Counted from the first letter of the stretch, positions 8,968 through 23,900 are shown. The stretch is DNA of 64,000 nt from Vicugna vicugna (GCA_013265495.1 MU058198.1:7579779-7643778); one strand, 5' to 3'. A program made the numbers and translations. The notes: a model not told the origin generated them from the sequence alone.

Positions 8968-11900
8968 ATGTCGTCGAGCAGCCGGGGGCCGGGGGCCGGA
9001 GCGCGCCGACGCCGAACCCGCTGCCGCCGCTGCCGGGCCTGTGTGCGAACTGAGTGCGGGGACTGCCACTTCTGCCGAGACATGAAGAAGTTCGGGGGGC
9101 CCGGGCGCATGAAGCAGTCGTGCCTGCTCCGGCAGTGCACTGCCGTGAGTGCTGCCCCCACCGCTGCGGGCACACCCGGGGCTCTGGGCACCCTTCCCCG
9201 CTGGCCCCAGCACCTTTCTGGGTGACTGGTGGTGACTCTCTAGAATGTACTGTCAAGTTGCTGCTTGTACACTCGTTCATTCGCTGGTTTTGTTCAGATG
9301 TCCATCAGGCCCACTTTTGTCCTCAGCTTCAAGCCGGGGTGGATGTTCGGGTGCCCAGAAGGCTCCGTCCCACTGCTTACCTTCATACTTCTCCCAACTG
9401 TTAGAGGCCCAGACCCATGGAAGGCTCCAGGCCTCTTGTACCCCTCCCCAGAGCTGGCCCTGTGAATAGGTCTTAGTCTTTGGCTTCCTTCTTACCTGTC
9501 AGAGTGGTCTTGGATTTGAGGCCAGTCTTACACGCTGTGTGACCTTGAGCAAATCCCTTTGAACCTCGGTATCTTTTTTGTGAAATGTTTCCTTTGCTGA
9601 GTTGTATAACAAAACAGCATGGCTATGAATGTATCTGTGACAAGGCTGAACACACAGTAGGTAGCCAAGAAACATGGGTTTCTTCCCACTTTCCTCAACC
9701 CTTGAGCATCCTGGGGCACCAGAGAGTGGTCCTTCCCCAGCAGCCATGAGGGGCGAGCTGTATCCTGCATCCCCTCCTCATGCCACTACCTCCCTTTCTT
9801 CCTGCAGCCACTCTTTCCTGGTTGGTCTCTTTACTCCACAGCCCTTCTCTTCCTTTGTCCCCCAACCCTTGGCTCACTTTCTTTCCTTCCTTCCCTACCT
9901 GCTGCTTCCTTGAGCCTGCCTCACAACCTTCAGCATCCCTTATACGACTTAGTTTTACCACTGACTTTCTCAAAGTCACATTGTCTGAAGGCTGCTCTCC
10001 TTTCCCTAAGACCAGCTGGATGCCTTTAGTGTTCCCAGGGGTCTTGCCAAAACCGAGTTCATTGTGGGGTTCACTGCAACCCTTGTGCTGCTCATTGAGC
10101 AAACTCAGAATCACCCCCAAGCTGCTGTGCTGCCAACGTTTCCTCCAGCCCTCTGAGTGTTATTGTCATGTTTTCTTGTAATCTGTCTCCCTTCCCAAAG
10201 CCGGCTACAATTTCAGGGTCACACAGGCCCTGGATCCAGATAGGACAATCACAACAGAGATAACTATAACTATGTATCAAATACCTGTTTCTCATCATCT
10301 CCTTCCTACAACAGTCCTGCAAGAAAAAAATTTCTAGCCCCATTTTACAGATGGAGAAAGAGACATAGGAGGTTAAGTCAGTCGCTCAAGGCCATATTGC
10401 CAACAGGAGCAAAGTCAGAATTTGACCCACCGTGGCCCCTGGATTCTGAACTTCATGCAGCAGCTGGTCAGGGTCCCCCGAAGGAAGGGTCTTTCTCCTG
10501 TTGCTTGCTTTTGGGGTCCCTGATCCCTCCTCTCCCCCAACAGCCCGTGCTCCCACACACAGCTGTGTGCCTCTTGTGTGGGGAGGCTGGGAAGGAGGAC
10601 ACAGTGGAGGGAGAGGAAGAGAAATTTGGTTTGAGCCTCATGGAGTGTACAATCTGCAACGAGATCGTCCACCCTGGCTGCCTGAAGGTGATGGCCCTGG
10701 GGACCCTGGAGACTGGGGTGGGGCATATTGTCAGGGAGCAAGGAGGTGGGGTATGCTGTCTCTGGGTTTGCTGGCACCCGACACCCACTTGCTGCCGTCT
10801 GCCTACAGATGGGGAAAGCTGAGGGTGTCATCAATGCAGAGATCCCCAACTGCTGGGAGTGCCCTCGCTGTACCCAGGAAGGCCGGACCAGCAAGGTAGG
10901 GCAGGGGCTTGGCTGGGGGCTGGGCTCTGGGTAGGTGGGAGGTCGGAAATCTGTGCAGAACCTCACCCCCAGCTAACATCTCCCCAGGATTCAGGTGAGG
11001 GACCAGGCCGTCGCAGGGCTGACAACGGCGAGGAGGGCGCCAGCCTGGGGAGTGGATGGAAGCTGACGGAGGAGCCGCCACTTCCACCACCCCCACCCAG
11101 GCGCAAGGGCCCCTTACCTGCTGGGCCCCCCCCAGAAGACGTGCCTGGGCCCCCCAAAAGAAAGGAGAGGGAGGCAGGGAATGAGCCCCCTACCCCAAGG
11201 AAAAAGGTGAGCCAGGGAGCATGCTCACTAGGTCCAGCCTAAGGGTTTCTGGGAGCTGTAGTCCTATTTTGTGTGTTGGGGTGGGGGGACCTGGGAGGTA
11301 GTGCTTCATGGGTTTCCCCCAGGGGTTGTTGGGAGATGTAGTTAAGGAGTTTGGGAGGATGCTTAGTGTGGAGGAGAGGTACAGGTGAGAGGCAGCTGGC
11401 ATTGGACCGGGAGGCTTTGGGTGCTCTAGGGAGGAGAGAGAGGGAGGGAGAGAGAGAGAGAGAGCATGCTCAAATTAGCTGCTGCAGAGGAGGAAGGAGG
11501 GGCTGGAAAGGGCCTGAGGGGGAAGAAAGAGGAGATGAGAGCATGCTCAGTGAGCCAAGACACTAGTTGCAAGGTGAGCATGCTCAGAGTTCTCCCTGAG
11601 ATGGGGGCTTCTGGGACTTGTAGTCTAAGAGGAGAGCATAGATCTTAGTTTTGTGGGCAATGAGGGGCTAATGGTGTCTCTCCCTTTCCCCATGTCTTCT
11701 TGCCCTGGTAGGTGAAAGGAGGCCGAGAGAGGCACCTGAAGAAGGTGGGTGGAGACGCCTGCCTCCTCCGAGGATCGGACCCAGGCGGCCCCGGCCTTCT
11801 GCCCCCCAGGGTTCTGAATCCGAGCCAGGCTTTCTCGTCCTGCCACCCTGGGCTCCCTCCCGAGAACTGGGAGGTGTGCCGGGGACCTCCTCCCTCCCAC

Positions 11901-14900
11901 TCCCACCTTTCCTTGCCCCACCCTTCACCCTGGAGACAGAAATCTGTCCCTTCCTGCCTACCTTGTCCTGCCCCAGCCCCACTTGGCCACAATGGGCATT
12001 TGGGCCCCTGGGAAGATTGGAGGGGGAGAGCCGGTTGGGGCCAGGCCACAAGGGCCCCAAACTTCGTAAGAGCCCTTGAGAGTATCATCTGACCCATGTG
12101 CTTCATCTTTTCAAACCTTGAAGGGGAAAGAACTAAGTTCAAATCCCTGTTCAACTGCTGACTCCCTGTTTGGTCTTGGCAGCTTGTCAGCTGCCCTGAG
12201 TCTCAGTTTCTTCATCAGTGAAATGGAGACGATACTGCCTCCCTTACCCCACTTATGCCACAAAACTGTATAATGAATGGGAACGAAACGAGCTTTGTAA
12301 ACTGAAAATTTACTAGATTTGAGGAAAATAAGGCCCACAGAGATGTAAAGACTTGCCTAAAGTCACACAGCAAAGCTAGAATTTCAGATGTCATTTTGCA
12401 CTGACACATTGACTACAGGGGTCTGCCTGATTGTGTTCAAATCCTGCCTCTGTCTTTGTCAGTTTGCAACCTTGGGCGAATTCCACAATCTCTCTGAGCC
12501 TCAGTTTCCTTATGTCTAAAAGAATGGCTCAAGTTGCCACTCCAACCACTGCAAGGATGTCATGAGTCAGCGAGAATGGGAGACTCCACCTGGGGCCTGA
12601 CAACCACTATTACTCTTACATCATTGATTAGACACTTGGAATTGTCTAGCCCAGGGTTCCATGTTGTAGATGACGAGGCAGGGGCTTCCCAAGGTCACAT
12701 GGAAAATTGAGAGCCAAGCCAATACTCCAAACTAGATCTCTCACTGTTCTCCTTACCTCACTGCTTTTGGAAACTCAGAAGCGGTTGAAACCCATAAGGC
12801 TTTTAATTCTTTGGATCAGTGCCTTCATGTGACAGATAAGGAAAGTGAGGTCCAGATTGGTGCATCCAGACTTGGCTGAGACCGCACATCACTCAGGAGC
12901 AGAACCAGGGCTGGAACTCAGGACTGTCCCTTGGGCTCTTCATCCCCTGGTGACTCCTCAGGAGTAGGGGGGTGGGAAAGCGTGTGCCAGGCCTTAGAAC
13001 GGTCTCTGTATCTTTCTGCAGAAACCAAAGCCGCCTTTGGCCTCTGCTGAGGGCCCGGCGGTGCCGTCTCCATCACCACAGAGGGAGAAGCTAGAGCGTT
13101 TCAAGCGGATGTGCCAGCTGCTGGAGCGGGTGCCTGACACGTCCTCGTCCTCATCGGACTCGGACTCGGACTCGGACTCCTCAGGCACATCGCTGAGTGA
13201 GGATGAGGCTCCTGGCGAGGCCCGGAATGGGCGACGCCCTGCCCGGGGCAGCTCGGGCGAGAAGGAGAACCGCGGGGGGCGGCGGGCTGTGCGCCCCGGC
13301 AGTGGGGGGCCCCTCCTCAGCTGGCCCCTGGGCCCCGCCCCACCACCCCGGCCCCCACAGCTGGAGCGGCATGTCGTCCGGCCCCCACCTCGAAGCCCTG
13401 AGCCCGACACGCTGCCTTTGGCTGCTGGATCCGACCACCCCCTGCCCCGGGCCGCCTGGCTTCGTGTCTTCCAGCACCTCGGGCCCCGAGAGCTATGCAT
13501 TTGCATGCGCGTCTGCCGGACTTGGAGCCGCTGGTGAGTGGCCTGGACAGGCCTGGGTTCCATTGCCGACACTCTCCTCACTTGCTGTGTGACCTGCAAC
13601 AGATCCCTCAGCCTCTCTGGGCCTTTTTCTTGTACTGATAATACTATAGGATGCACATACCATAGTGTGATACTTCCAAGTTGACTGTGCACAGGCTGCT
13701 TTTCATTTAGGAGCTCTCTGAACCCTCCCGACAGCTTGGTGAGGTAGGTACTGTTATCCCCCTTTTCAGATGAAGCTGAGGTCAAGGTCATGTGGAGAGG
13801 AAGCTGTAGAACCAGGAATTTGAACCCAGGCCTTCTGGCTCCAGAACCTTTCCTCTTAATAACTGTGACTTACGAGGGTTTAACGTGTGCCAAGGCATAG
13901 TGCTCACTGCTGTACGAGTGTCATCTCACTTGCTTTTCACGCCCCCTCTCCTGGGGACAGTCTTATTATTGGTCCCACTTACAAATAAGAGAGCCCTTTG
14001 TTGAGGGACCCTGTCCTCCCAGAGGCAGTCGTACTTGGGCCTCCTGATTCTACTCAGAAGTTCTTCATGGCCCAGAGCCACCACCAGCACCCTCTGCCTT
14101 TCCTGCCCCCATCTCCTCGCTGCTTCCTGAATCTTGTTTCTCCAGAAATGTTGGTTGTCCTCCCAAACCCTGGCCTTTCTCTTTGGTCCTCCCCTGGACA
14201 ACCCCCTCCAACACACACACATCAAACCTCTGTGACGTTGTCCCCTACCTTCCCCAACCCCAAAATAGCACATAGAGGCTTTCTGCATGTTGACAAGCCT
14301 TCATTTGTTTATTCATTGTCATGTTCCCATGAAATTGTTTGGAACAGATATTGTGTCTGTTTTATCTTCATGTTCCCAGCACGGGACAAGGGGCAGTGTA
14401 GGTGCTCAAAAAACATTTTATGAAATAAGTAAATTCAGGCTCTTTCGCAGGCACTTACTGAGGGCCAGGCATCCTGTTGGGAACTTTGCAAGCATTAGCT
14501 GATTTGTTTCTCATAATAGCAGCCCTGTGAGGGCACGAGGGACACCTGAAGTCGCAGTGCACTTTGGTGGCTGAACTCAAACCCCAGTCCTTTTCCTAAG
14601 GATTTCTAGTTCACACTTTCTAGTCTCTGTGGAAGCTGTAGAGCTCAGAGGATGGGAAGGCAGGCTTTGGAGGTAAATTACCCAGAGTTGAATCTTATTC
14701 TTCCTCTGATGAGCTGTATGCCATTGGGCTAGTTTCTTAACTTCTCTGTGCCTCAGTTTCTTCATCTATTAAAATAGGAGAACCAGGGCATTTCATTTGT
14801 TGTGTTTTTGTAAGCTAATATACCTAAAGAATTGAGGACAGTACCTAGAAAATACAAACTACTCAGCGCCCTAACAGTAATCATTGCTACTCACTCAGTG

Positions 14901-17900
14901 ACAAACATTTACTGAAAGCACATACTTTTACACCCTCAGAATACAGGTCTGTGCCCTGGAAGGGCTCCGAGTCAACCTGTAGTATAGCAGCAAATAGTTA
15001 CAGCATGTGCTGTAGCGGAGGAAATGTTGGCTGAGGCCTCTTCATCAGCGCCAGCCCTGTGCTTGGCACGTGGGATCCAGACCTGAAAAGGACCTCATTT
15101 CTGTCTCAAGGAGAGAGACTTGTGACAGGAGGTGGCCAAAGCAGAGAAGTTGGACTGGACAGTGGTTTCCAGCTTGGGCCCCAGAGTCTGGCACCCATGG
15201 GTTTCATCAGCTGGGACTCCTGCACTTCCTGGTGTGTGGCCATGGGCGGTGAGCTGTAACTGTCAAGGCTTCAGTTTTCTCATCTGTAGTCTAGGTTCAT
15301 GTCAGTACCTTGTAGGGATGAAATGAGGTGATTCTCACAAAACACAGCACAGTGCCTGAAGGGTATTTACACTTAATAAAATGGTGGCTTTTGGTGAGAA
15401 GGGTGAGGGTAGGGCAGAGCAAGGGTTTGTGAGGGTCACAGTAGGACCAGTCAGGGGCTCTGTCAGCCCAGGCTCAGAAGCAGGGGCAGTGCGATGGAGA
15501 GGAGGGGCTGGGGTTGAGGATTTTGAAAGAAGCAGAATGGCTTGGATTTGGTGACACATGGCTGTGGGGACAGCAGGATGACTCTAAGCAGAGTTTCTAG
15601 TCCATGAGCCTGGGTAGACAGCAGTGCCATGGCCCAAGCTTGGGGATTCAGAGGAGGGGCAGCCAAGGTGCTCAGAATCGTCCTGTTTGGTTTGAGAGGC
15701 TGTGGGGCCAGTTGGGAGCTAAGAGGAGAGCAGCTGGAGGTAGAGGTTTGATGCTTAAGAGAAAGATCCACATTTGGGAGTTTTCACCCTATAGGTAGCA
15801 GCTTTAAGGGAGAGGGCAGAAATCAGGGTGTCAGCATCTGTAGGTAAGGGAAGGAACAGCCAGAGACTTGGAGGCGATTGAGGGCATGAGTGTGTCCTGA
15901 AGGAGAGAGGTTGAGGAAGGAGTGAATGATGAACTGTCTCGGGTGTTGGCAAGAGGTCATGGGAGGTCAGCGACCAGAAGTGGCAGCTGGATTTTGCCAC
16001 AAGGAGGCTTTGATATCTGTGGCTGTGCTACATGGGGGCGAGGGCACAGGAGCCAGGTCACCTGGAGTTGAGTTTGAACTTGATCTGTTTATTCTCTGCT
16101 GTGTCCCTAGTTTCTCTGGTATCTGGCATACAGCAAGTGCTAAAAAAACACGTGTTGAATGAATGAATGAATGAAAGAAAGAAAGTGAGAAAATCAGGAT
16201 GGAGCGTGGGAAGAGTTGAGCATGGAGCGGGACGGAAATTTGTACGTAGAGCAGGGAGTTGCAGGCTTTCCTGTCTGGTGGCTTCCATCTTCTCTTGGAA
16301 AAGGAGGCAAAGTGATGGGCCAGAGCAAGGGGAGAGAGGGTGGGCTGACAAGACCTGGGGGAGGTGCTGAGTTGCAGGGAAGAAGGTTGGGACTTCGGAG
16401 GGCGTGGACAAGCAAGAGACTAGAACCCAGGGTCTAGGCCAGTTGGGACTGGGAGTAAAGGTTTAGAGACGGACAGATTGGAGGACAGTGGTGGCATGTG
16501 GGAGCCCAGAGAGCTGAGAGGGAGGATCTGGCTTTGGTGGGGGCCCAGGAGGCTGTGAATTCCTTACAGGTGGTGGTTTGTCCGTCTCCATGTCCCCAGA
16601 GGGCCTCTGCCAGAGGGAGGTTTAGGATGTGAATTTAGGAATTTGGAGGTGGGCTTGGTAGGGTGCTGACTTGGTCAGGGGTGTCTGGAGTCAATGGTAG
16701 GGAACCTAGACATCAGGCTCTGCCTCTCCTGGGGGATGGATGCCTTGGCCCCGGACTTCTGGCCTCTTGCCTTTGTGTCATTCCTTGGTCTAGAAAGAAC
16801 CCACCCATGGCTCCCTGTCATCCTCACAATGAACTTTCATGGTCCTAATGGATGTTTGGACACGAACAGCGACTGCACTAAACACTTCCCCTGTACTATC
16901 TTCCTCCATTTTTTGCAGCAAACCTTGAAATAAGTGCTGCCTTTACTGTACTTTAAGGTTTGGGAAATGGAAGCCCAGAAAGAGCAAGTGACTTGCCTAA
17001 GGTCACTCAAAACACAGAGGTGGCAGAGCTGGGATTTAGAGCCCCACAGCTCACACTCCCCACCTCTGGGTTCTGTGGCCACGACAGTCCAGCCTGGCAG
17101 CCCGGTCCTCCTGGGCCTCTCTGTAGTTTCATCCTTGCCTCTTCCCACTTAAGGGTTCAGGCTCTCGATCCAGACCTGCTTGTTTTATGACCTGGCTCCA
17201 CTGCCGTGTAATAGGTATGAACCTGGTGTAAGTCTCTTAACCTCCCTGGGCCTGATTTTCCTTAATTCTAAAGAGGAGATGATGATAATAGTGTTTACCT
17301 TCTAGGGCTGTTGTGACATTAGATGCTTAATGCATAGAATGGTAGCAGCACATAGTAAACCCTCAGTAAACACGAGTTATTAGTGCTGGAGTCACTGTCA
17401 TCATTCTCATTATTAAGATGAGATTATGAATTGCCCTTTGTTCCTGCTGCATGAGGTCCTCAGAGCTCTCCATTTGCTCTCTGTTCCCTGGGCTGGACAC
17501 TGGCTCTTCCCCACCTGGAACTCGCAGCATCTTCTTCCCTGCCCTCACCAGAATAACTACTGCTTCCCTTAAAGTCTCAGATCAGGCATCATCTCCCTGA
17601 GAAGCTCCCCACCCAAGTCCTCTCTGTGACTCTTACCACGTCCCTTGTCACCTCAGGTACTATATACTTGGCTTTCTCTCCCCTGACTTTTGATTGCCCC
17701 ATGCCTGGACACATAGTATCAATAGGGCCCTCGGTGACTGTTGGCTGTTACTCTGAGGTTTAAACCCAGTATCCTGGTCATCCAAGGGGCAGGGACAAAT
17801 TAACTCCAGCCAAGAAAAGTCAGGAGAGACTTCCTGGAAGAGGAGGCACTGGAGCTGAGCCCTGAAGGATCTGGGTTGGTTGGCATTTCCAGCAGAGGCG

Positions 17901-20900
17901 CACATGTGCCAAAGTGTGTTGGCACCAGACAGCGTGTCTCTATAGGCAGGCAGGTGGTTTGGCCTGGCTCTTGTGGAGTATGATACAGAAACAGTTAGTG
18001 GCCTGTGTACCCTCAGGGGAAAGGGTTACTTTATACCCATGGACGATCCAGGAGGGCTTCAAGGTATTGGCGGCAGTTGAAATAGAACTGAAGACTGGGT
18101 AGGAGTGAACAGGGAGAGATTTTGGATGGAGCAGGATTTCACTGAGTGGAAGGAGAAAAGGGGCAGGACCTGGGGGCAGAAGATGGGTTGAAGGTAGTTT
18201 GTTCTTGTTTTTTTTTTTCTTTTCCTTTTTAGAATTGGAGTGATTTGAGTGAATGGAACCAGGAGAGGGAGAGGCTAGAGTGCCAGAAGAGGGGAAAGTG
18301 GTAGGAAGTGGCAGGTGGGACAGAGGGGTGGAGTTGTTCAGATTGAAGCCTTAGTGTCTGTGCTTCCAGCTTTCCCTAAAATGTCATCCAGGAGTTCCGG
18401 AGTGTGCCTGGCAGTTGTAAGTGGCACAAAAACATAGCTTAATTCTTCTATTAGTTTTGAAACAGAAGTGTCTCCATTGGGTGCTATTATATCTTTAACA
18501 CCTTTCTGATACTTAACTCCCTGTTTAACAAAAATAGTCTTTAGATGGTAGCCTAAAGCCACGACAGCATCTGGCTGGAATTTAATAACCCTGCTCTGGT
18601 TTTATTGTGTTCATTTCTAAGGTTAACACATTTATGTAAAACAATACTGGTTTTAAGTGCAAAGAGGGGATCAATTTAAAGATAAAGTCATGTTCTGCAG
18701 GTAAGTGGAGAGCAAATGACTGGAGTTTGGGGATCACTGCTCCAAGCCCAGGGCTTCTTGAAGGGAAAGCCTTCAGAATGAGGGGTGGGAGGGAGGTAAG
18801 ATACAGCTTCCTGGATTGCTCCCCACCCCTGCTGCTGCTGACACAGTTCATCCAGCCCAGTGGGAATTTCCTGCCGTGCCTTTGAACCACTGCACTAGAA
18901 GAGACTTTTCAGACTGAGTCTTGAGGAACTTTAGTGTCCCACAAAGTATTAGTAGATGACCTTGGGAGAGATGAGGAAATATTCCTTGGTACAATAAGTT
19001 TGGGGAGCTTTTCTCCAGACTAGTCAAGGCTCTCAAAAATGCTGGAATCAGGAAACCCGTTAACTTGGTTCAGGTCTCATTCATCTTTGTAGTTTAAATA
19101 CCTGGGACCTACCAGCCCTTCACTAAGCATTAAGTGAGTGAATATGAGAAGCCATAAGTTAGGTGTGATGTAGGGGATGCTCCTTGGATGCTTTGAGTGG
19201 TTCACACTGGCTTGGCATCATCCATTCATTTGAGAGATGTGCAACAAGTCACGTACCATGCACCTGGCATGGTGCTGGGCACTGGGGATGCTGAGGGGAA
19301 GAAGCCAGAGCTGCCTTTGTGGAGTCTACATTCTAGTTGGAGGAACACAGTAGTCAAAGAGGAATGAGGGCTGTCAGTCAAGCCTTGGGCAGCTGGTCGT
19401 CAGGATGGGGCAGAAATTGGGAGAGGAGCTAAGTGCCCACAGCCACCATAACTTAGCGAGAAGCCCAAGGTGCTTCGGATCCATTTGTCACTCCCTCAGA
19501 TACAGTGTGTAGGGGTGTGTGTATGTCTTTGGCAGAGAGCTTTAGAAGCTGTAATGCCTGCCAACTACAATGACCCTTTTTGATCTTATGGCAACCCTAT
19601 AGACAGGCAGAGTCTGGGCTATCATCTTCATGTAATAACCAGAGAGAAATGGACTTGCCCAAGGTCCCACATCTAGTTAGTGCTGGAGCTTAGCCCCAAA
19701 CCCAGTGCTCTTGGCCTGGGTCCTGGGGCTTCCTCCTCACCCACCTTGGTCTTGTATGGACCAAAAGAGAGCTGGGGTGAACCGTTGAGTGTGGGGAGGC
19801 TTATAGGCTCCCTGAGAGCTGAGGACTGAGGTCTCTGTCTCCCTCTTGTGGCCGGCAGGTGCTACGACAAGCGTCTGTGGCCACGAATGGACCTGAGCCG
19901 TCGAAAGTCACTGACCCCGCCCATGCTTAGTGGTGTGGTTCGACGCCAGCCTCGAGCCCTGGACCTCAGCTGGACAGGTGTCTCCAAGAAGCAGCTCATG
20001 TGGCTTCTGAACCGACTGCAAGGTAGTGCTGGGTGGTGAGGCGGGACAAGGTGAGGAGAAGGACGAATCTGGGACGGAGCCCTCCTAGCACATTTCCCAA
20101 CCCACCCCTCCCCAGGCCTGCAGGAGCTGGTGCTCTCTGGCTGCTCCTGGCTCTCTGTCTCTGCCCTGGGCTCTGCCCCACTGCCAGCCCTGCGGCTTCT
20201 GGACCTCCGCTGGATCGAGGATGTTAAAGACTCCCAGCTCCGCGAGCTGCTGCTGCCTCCGCCAGACACCAAACCAGGTACAGACTCTGTTGGCTCATTT
20301 GTAGAAGGGGTTGGACAGGTTAGGGTATGAGGCCTCCAAGGTCTCTTCTGACTCATGCTGGGTGTTAAAGGATTTGAAGAAAGGACAGAGCACATGAATT
20401 TGAATAGAAAGGCGTTGCTTGGCCATTATTCACTGATTCAGTCCCCTGCTGTGGGCCCTGCCATAGGAGCTGAGGGAATGGGATGAGGAGGATGACACTG
20501 AATTCTGGGAGAAGCCAGGGGATTCCGAGTGAGGTCTCTGTGTGCGGTGGGCAGTACTGGAGAGCATTCTCCAAAGGGAGCAGCGGTAACTGCTGTGAAA
20601 GAATGTGGCCCAGTGTAGCTAGTCAGTTCCATTTGTCAAAAGGAGCCGGAAATACGGATTTTCTGTGACATAGCCTGGTTTTTAAATGATGGCAGTGAAT
20701 TCATATCTTTTATTTATTTATTTATTTTCTTGCTGGGGAAGGGTGATAAATAGGTTTATCTATTTATTTATTTACTTACTTGCGTGTGGCAGTACTGGGG
20801 ATTGAACCCAGGACCTCGTGCATGCTAAGCATGCACTCCTACCACTGAGCTCTCCCCTCAGATTCTTTTAAAATTCATGTGTGAACCCAGCAAAAATATG

Positions 20901-23900
20901 ACTGAGCAATAATAATACATTTGGCCCCTGGGTCCCCTTGCTCTACAGTAAAAGGTTAAGGATTTTCCTGAGGGAGCAGAGCAGATGGAGGGAGCCAGTT
21001 GACGTGGAAGGTTGTGGGGAGATGGTGGTTTCATTCCCAACTCAGACTAGCCACCTCTTCCCCCTAGTCAGGCCCAGGTACCCTGCCAGGTAACGTCAGC
21101 TTTATTGTTGCACACATACTATGGGCCCCACCCTGTGTGGGGCCCCAGAGACCTCAAACTGAATCAGCCCCATTCCTCACCCTGGTGGAACCCCAGTCAT
21201 GCAAGAGAGAGACTCTGAAGTAGAAGGTTATGGCGTGAGAAGGGCTGTGGTTAAGGGGAGAGTAGGGGCAGGAGGGCAGTGAGAGAAGCCCACCTGGAGG
21301 GGGTGCTCTTTCAACTGAGTCCTGAAAGGGACAGGATTTTCCCAGGGAATGTGAGGCAAGAATTAACAGTTTTGTGGGGCGTGGCTCCCATATTGGCAGA
21401 GGGGGACACTGGCAACTGAGGCTGGTCAGGTGAGCACCAGCCTGGTCCCTTGGGGGGTCATATGGAGGTGTAGGGTAGGGGTACTGAGGCCTGGTGGTCC
21501 TTGTCTGACTCTCACCAGGAGATAGGATGCTCACAGCATCTTCTCTGGCCCCCACCAGTCTGTTCTCCATAATGAAGCCAGGGGAACTATCCACTGGGCA
21601 GATCTGTCCATGTCACCTCTGTGCTCCACACTCGTTCTCATTGCTCCCTGGTGCTCCTTAGGTAAAGATCAGTATTTTATCGATAAGGCCTGGTCTGGCT
21701 TCCATTGACCTATGCTGACCTTCCATTTCGGCCACTTCATACTCCTTGCCAAGTTTCCTCTAGCCCTAAGACCTTTGCCCACTCCTCTTTCATGGAATGC
21801 TCTCTTCTTCATATAATGAATACCTAATGACCCTTCAGGCCTCAGTGTAAATGCCACTTCCTTCTAGAAGCCCTCCGTGATCTTCTCCCCCACTGAGATT
21901 AGAGTCCCTCTTCCAGAGAGCAGTCCCCTCCCAGCATATCACTGTACAATTGTGAAGTGATTTGATTAAAATCCATTTCCTCCCAGAAGCTTCTTGCGCT
22001 CTGTGAGGGCAAGGACTGTCCACCCCAGCACCTTGCTTCATAGCTCTCTTTCATAGCTCCTGTCTTCCTACCCCATCCCCCTCCACAGCAGTCTTGGAAG
22101 GTGGGGTAGAGAAAGAACTAGGATTCTTCCCATTTTCTGGATGAGGCCCCAGAGGTCTAGAGGGGTTGAGTGACTTCTGCAAGTCACACAAGCAGAGCCA
22201 GACCAGAGCATGCACTCATTGCCCACTCATACTGAGCACTGGGACTAGCACATGCCATGAGGTGAGAAAGTGCTGCTTGGCTGGCAGACTGGCTCCATCT
22301 CCTTCTGCCTGAGTTCAGTTCAGTCTAAGCCCCTTTATCAGGAGCTTGCAAAGATCAGCCTTGAAGGTCCTCAAGGCCCAATGTGCTCACTGGGACTCTA
22401 CACCCACCTTTATCATCTTGGCTCCCTGGCTTTGTGCAGCATTCCTGGAGCAAAACTGAAAGTTTGCCTACTTCCTTGCTTTCTCCCCTGCTGTCCTCTG
22501 CCTGGCTGCCCTTCCCTCCCGCGCTCCTCCTCTGCACGTTCAAATCCTCGCAGGCCCTCCTCAGTGAAATCCTTGCTGATGCCCATTTCTCCTGCCCAAG
22601 CCACAAGTGACCTCTCTTTCCCCCTGTTTTAGCTGTGGCCCAGGGTGGAGGGCGTTGGTAGATATATCCCCTCTCCAGGCTCTTAGCTGCTCAAAAGGAA
22701 AAAAAGAGGGACAGAATTAAGAGCTTGCCAAGGCAGGTGCCCGCAGAGGTGGCCTGGGAGATTACAGAAGTGGTGGGCTTGGTGCGGGACATTAGCAGGT
22801 ACACCTTGCCACCCGGCATTGCCAGGCGATGCCAGATTGTACAGTTTTTCAAGGAAAACCTCCATATTTAAATTTCTTTATTAAAAAAGTCCTTTTTTGT
22901 AACATTATTCACGAAAAAAATTTGTAGCATTATGCAGACTCTATAAAACTTGTGTAGGTTATTTCCATGACTTGGTGACATCTAATCTAGTTTATCTAGA
23001 GGCTAGGCTGGTGCCTGGGAAGCAGATAGCGTTGTGGGAAGAGTTAGGACTTAGAGTCACAAGACATGGTGTCCTGGCTCTGTTAATTCATAGTTATGTG
23101 ATCCTGGCTAGATTTCTTGATGATTTAAGCCTCAGTTTTCTGATCTGTAAATAGGAATGGTGATCAGAGAACTTGTCTCCCAAAGCTGTGATTCTTAAAG
23201 TGTGGTCTCTGGACCAGCAGTGTCCACATCACTGGAGAACTTGTTAGGAGAATAAACTCAGGCCCTGCCTAACTCTGGGGGTGGGGCCAGCAGTCCATTT
23301 TAACCAGCTCCCCAGGGGGTTGCAGAAGCCCCTCTAGTTGAAGAGCCACTGGCTGAGGGGCAAGCAGCTACTCAGCCGGTGCTCGGCCCACTGTGAGCAC
23401 TCACTCAGGGGCTGCTGCTACATCAGAGGCATTGAGTTACACAAACCACAGTGCTGAAAGGTGGGAGCTCTTCTTCCCCAGAGATGGAGGAAGAGGAGGC
23501 CTCTGAGCTCAGACCTGAAAGCCAGGGACCCTGGCCAGGCAGGGGATTGAGCACCGGTGGTCACAGGCAGAGTCTCTCAGGGCAGGGTTGCCTGTGGAGT
23601 TTGGCCCAAGTGTTTGGGAGTCAGGGAGAGGAATTCGGAGACAGGGGCAAGACTTTGTGGGAACTGGGTTGTTCTACCAAGAAAATCGGACTTCTCTGAG
23701 GTGTCCTCAGAGTTTTTAGCAGAGGAGGGATGTAGTCACATTTGGGTTTGAGAATGGCTCTCTTAGGATGCCAGGAAAAAGAGGAGAGACCCGAGTGAGT
23801 GAGGCTGCTGGGGCAGGAGTTCAATCAAGAGTGATGCTGACCCAGTGGTGACCAGGGGATGGAGAGAAAGGGAGCCAGATGGGAACTTGCCTAATTATGG

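Noticed and set aside
12994..13791. 265-aa antisense ORF over a FBXL19 exon (similarly 24216-24890 and the antisense ORFs over SETD1A exons)
   Set aside because: Shadow ORFs of GC-rich coding exons that extend into MIR or intronic sequence.
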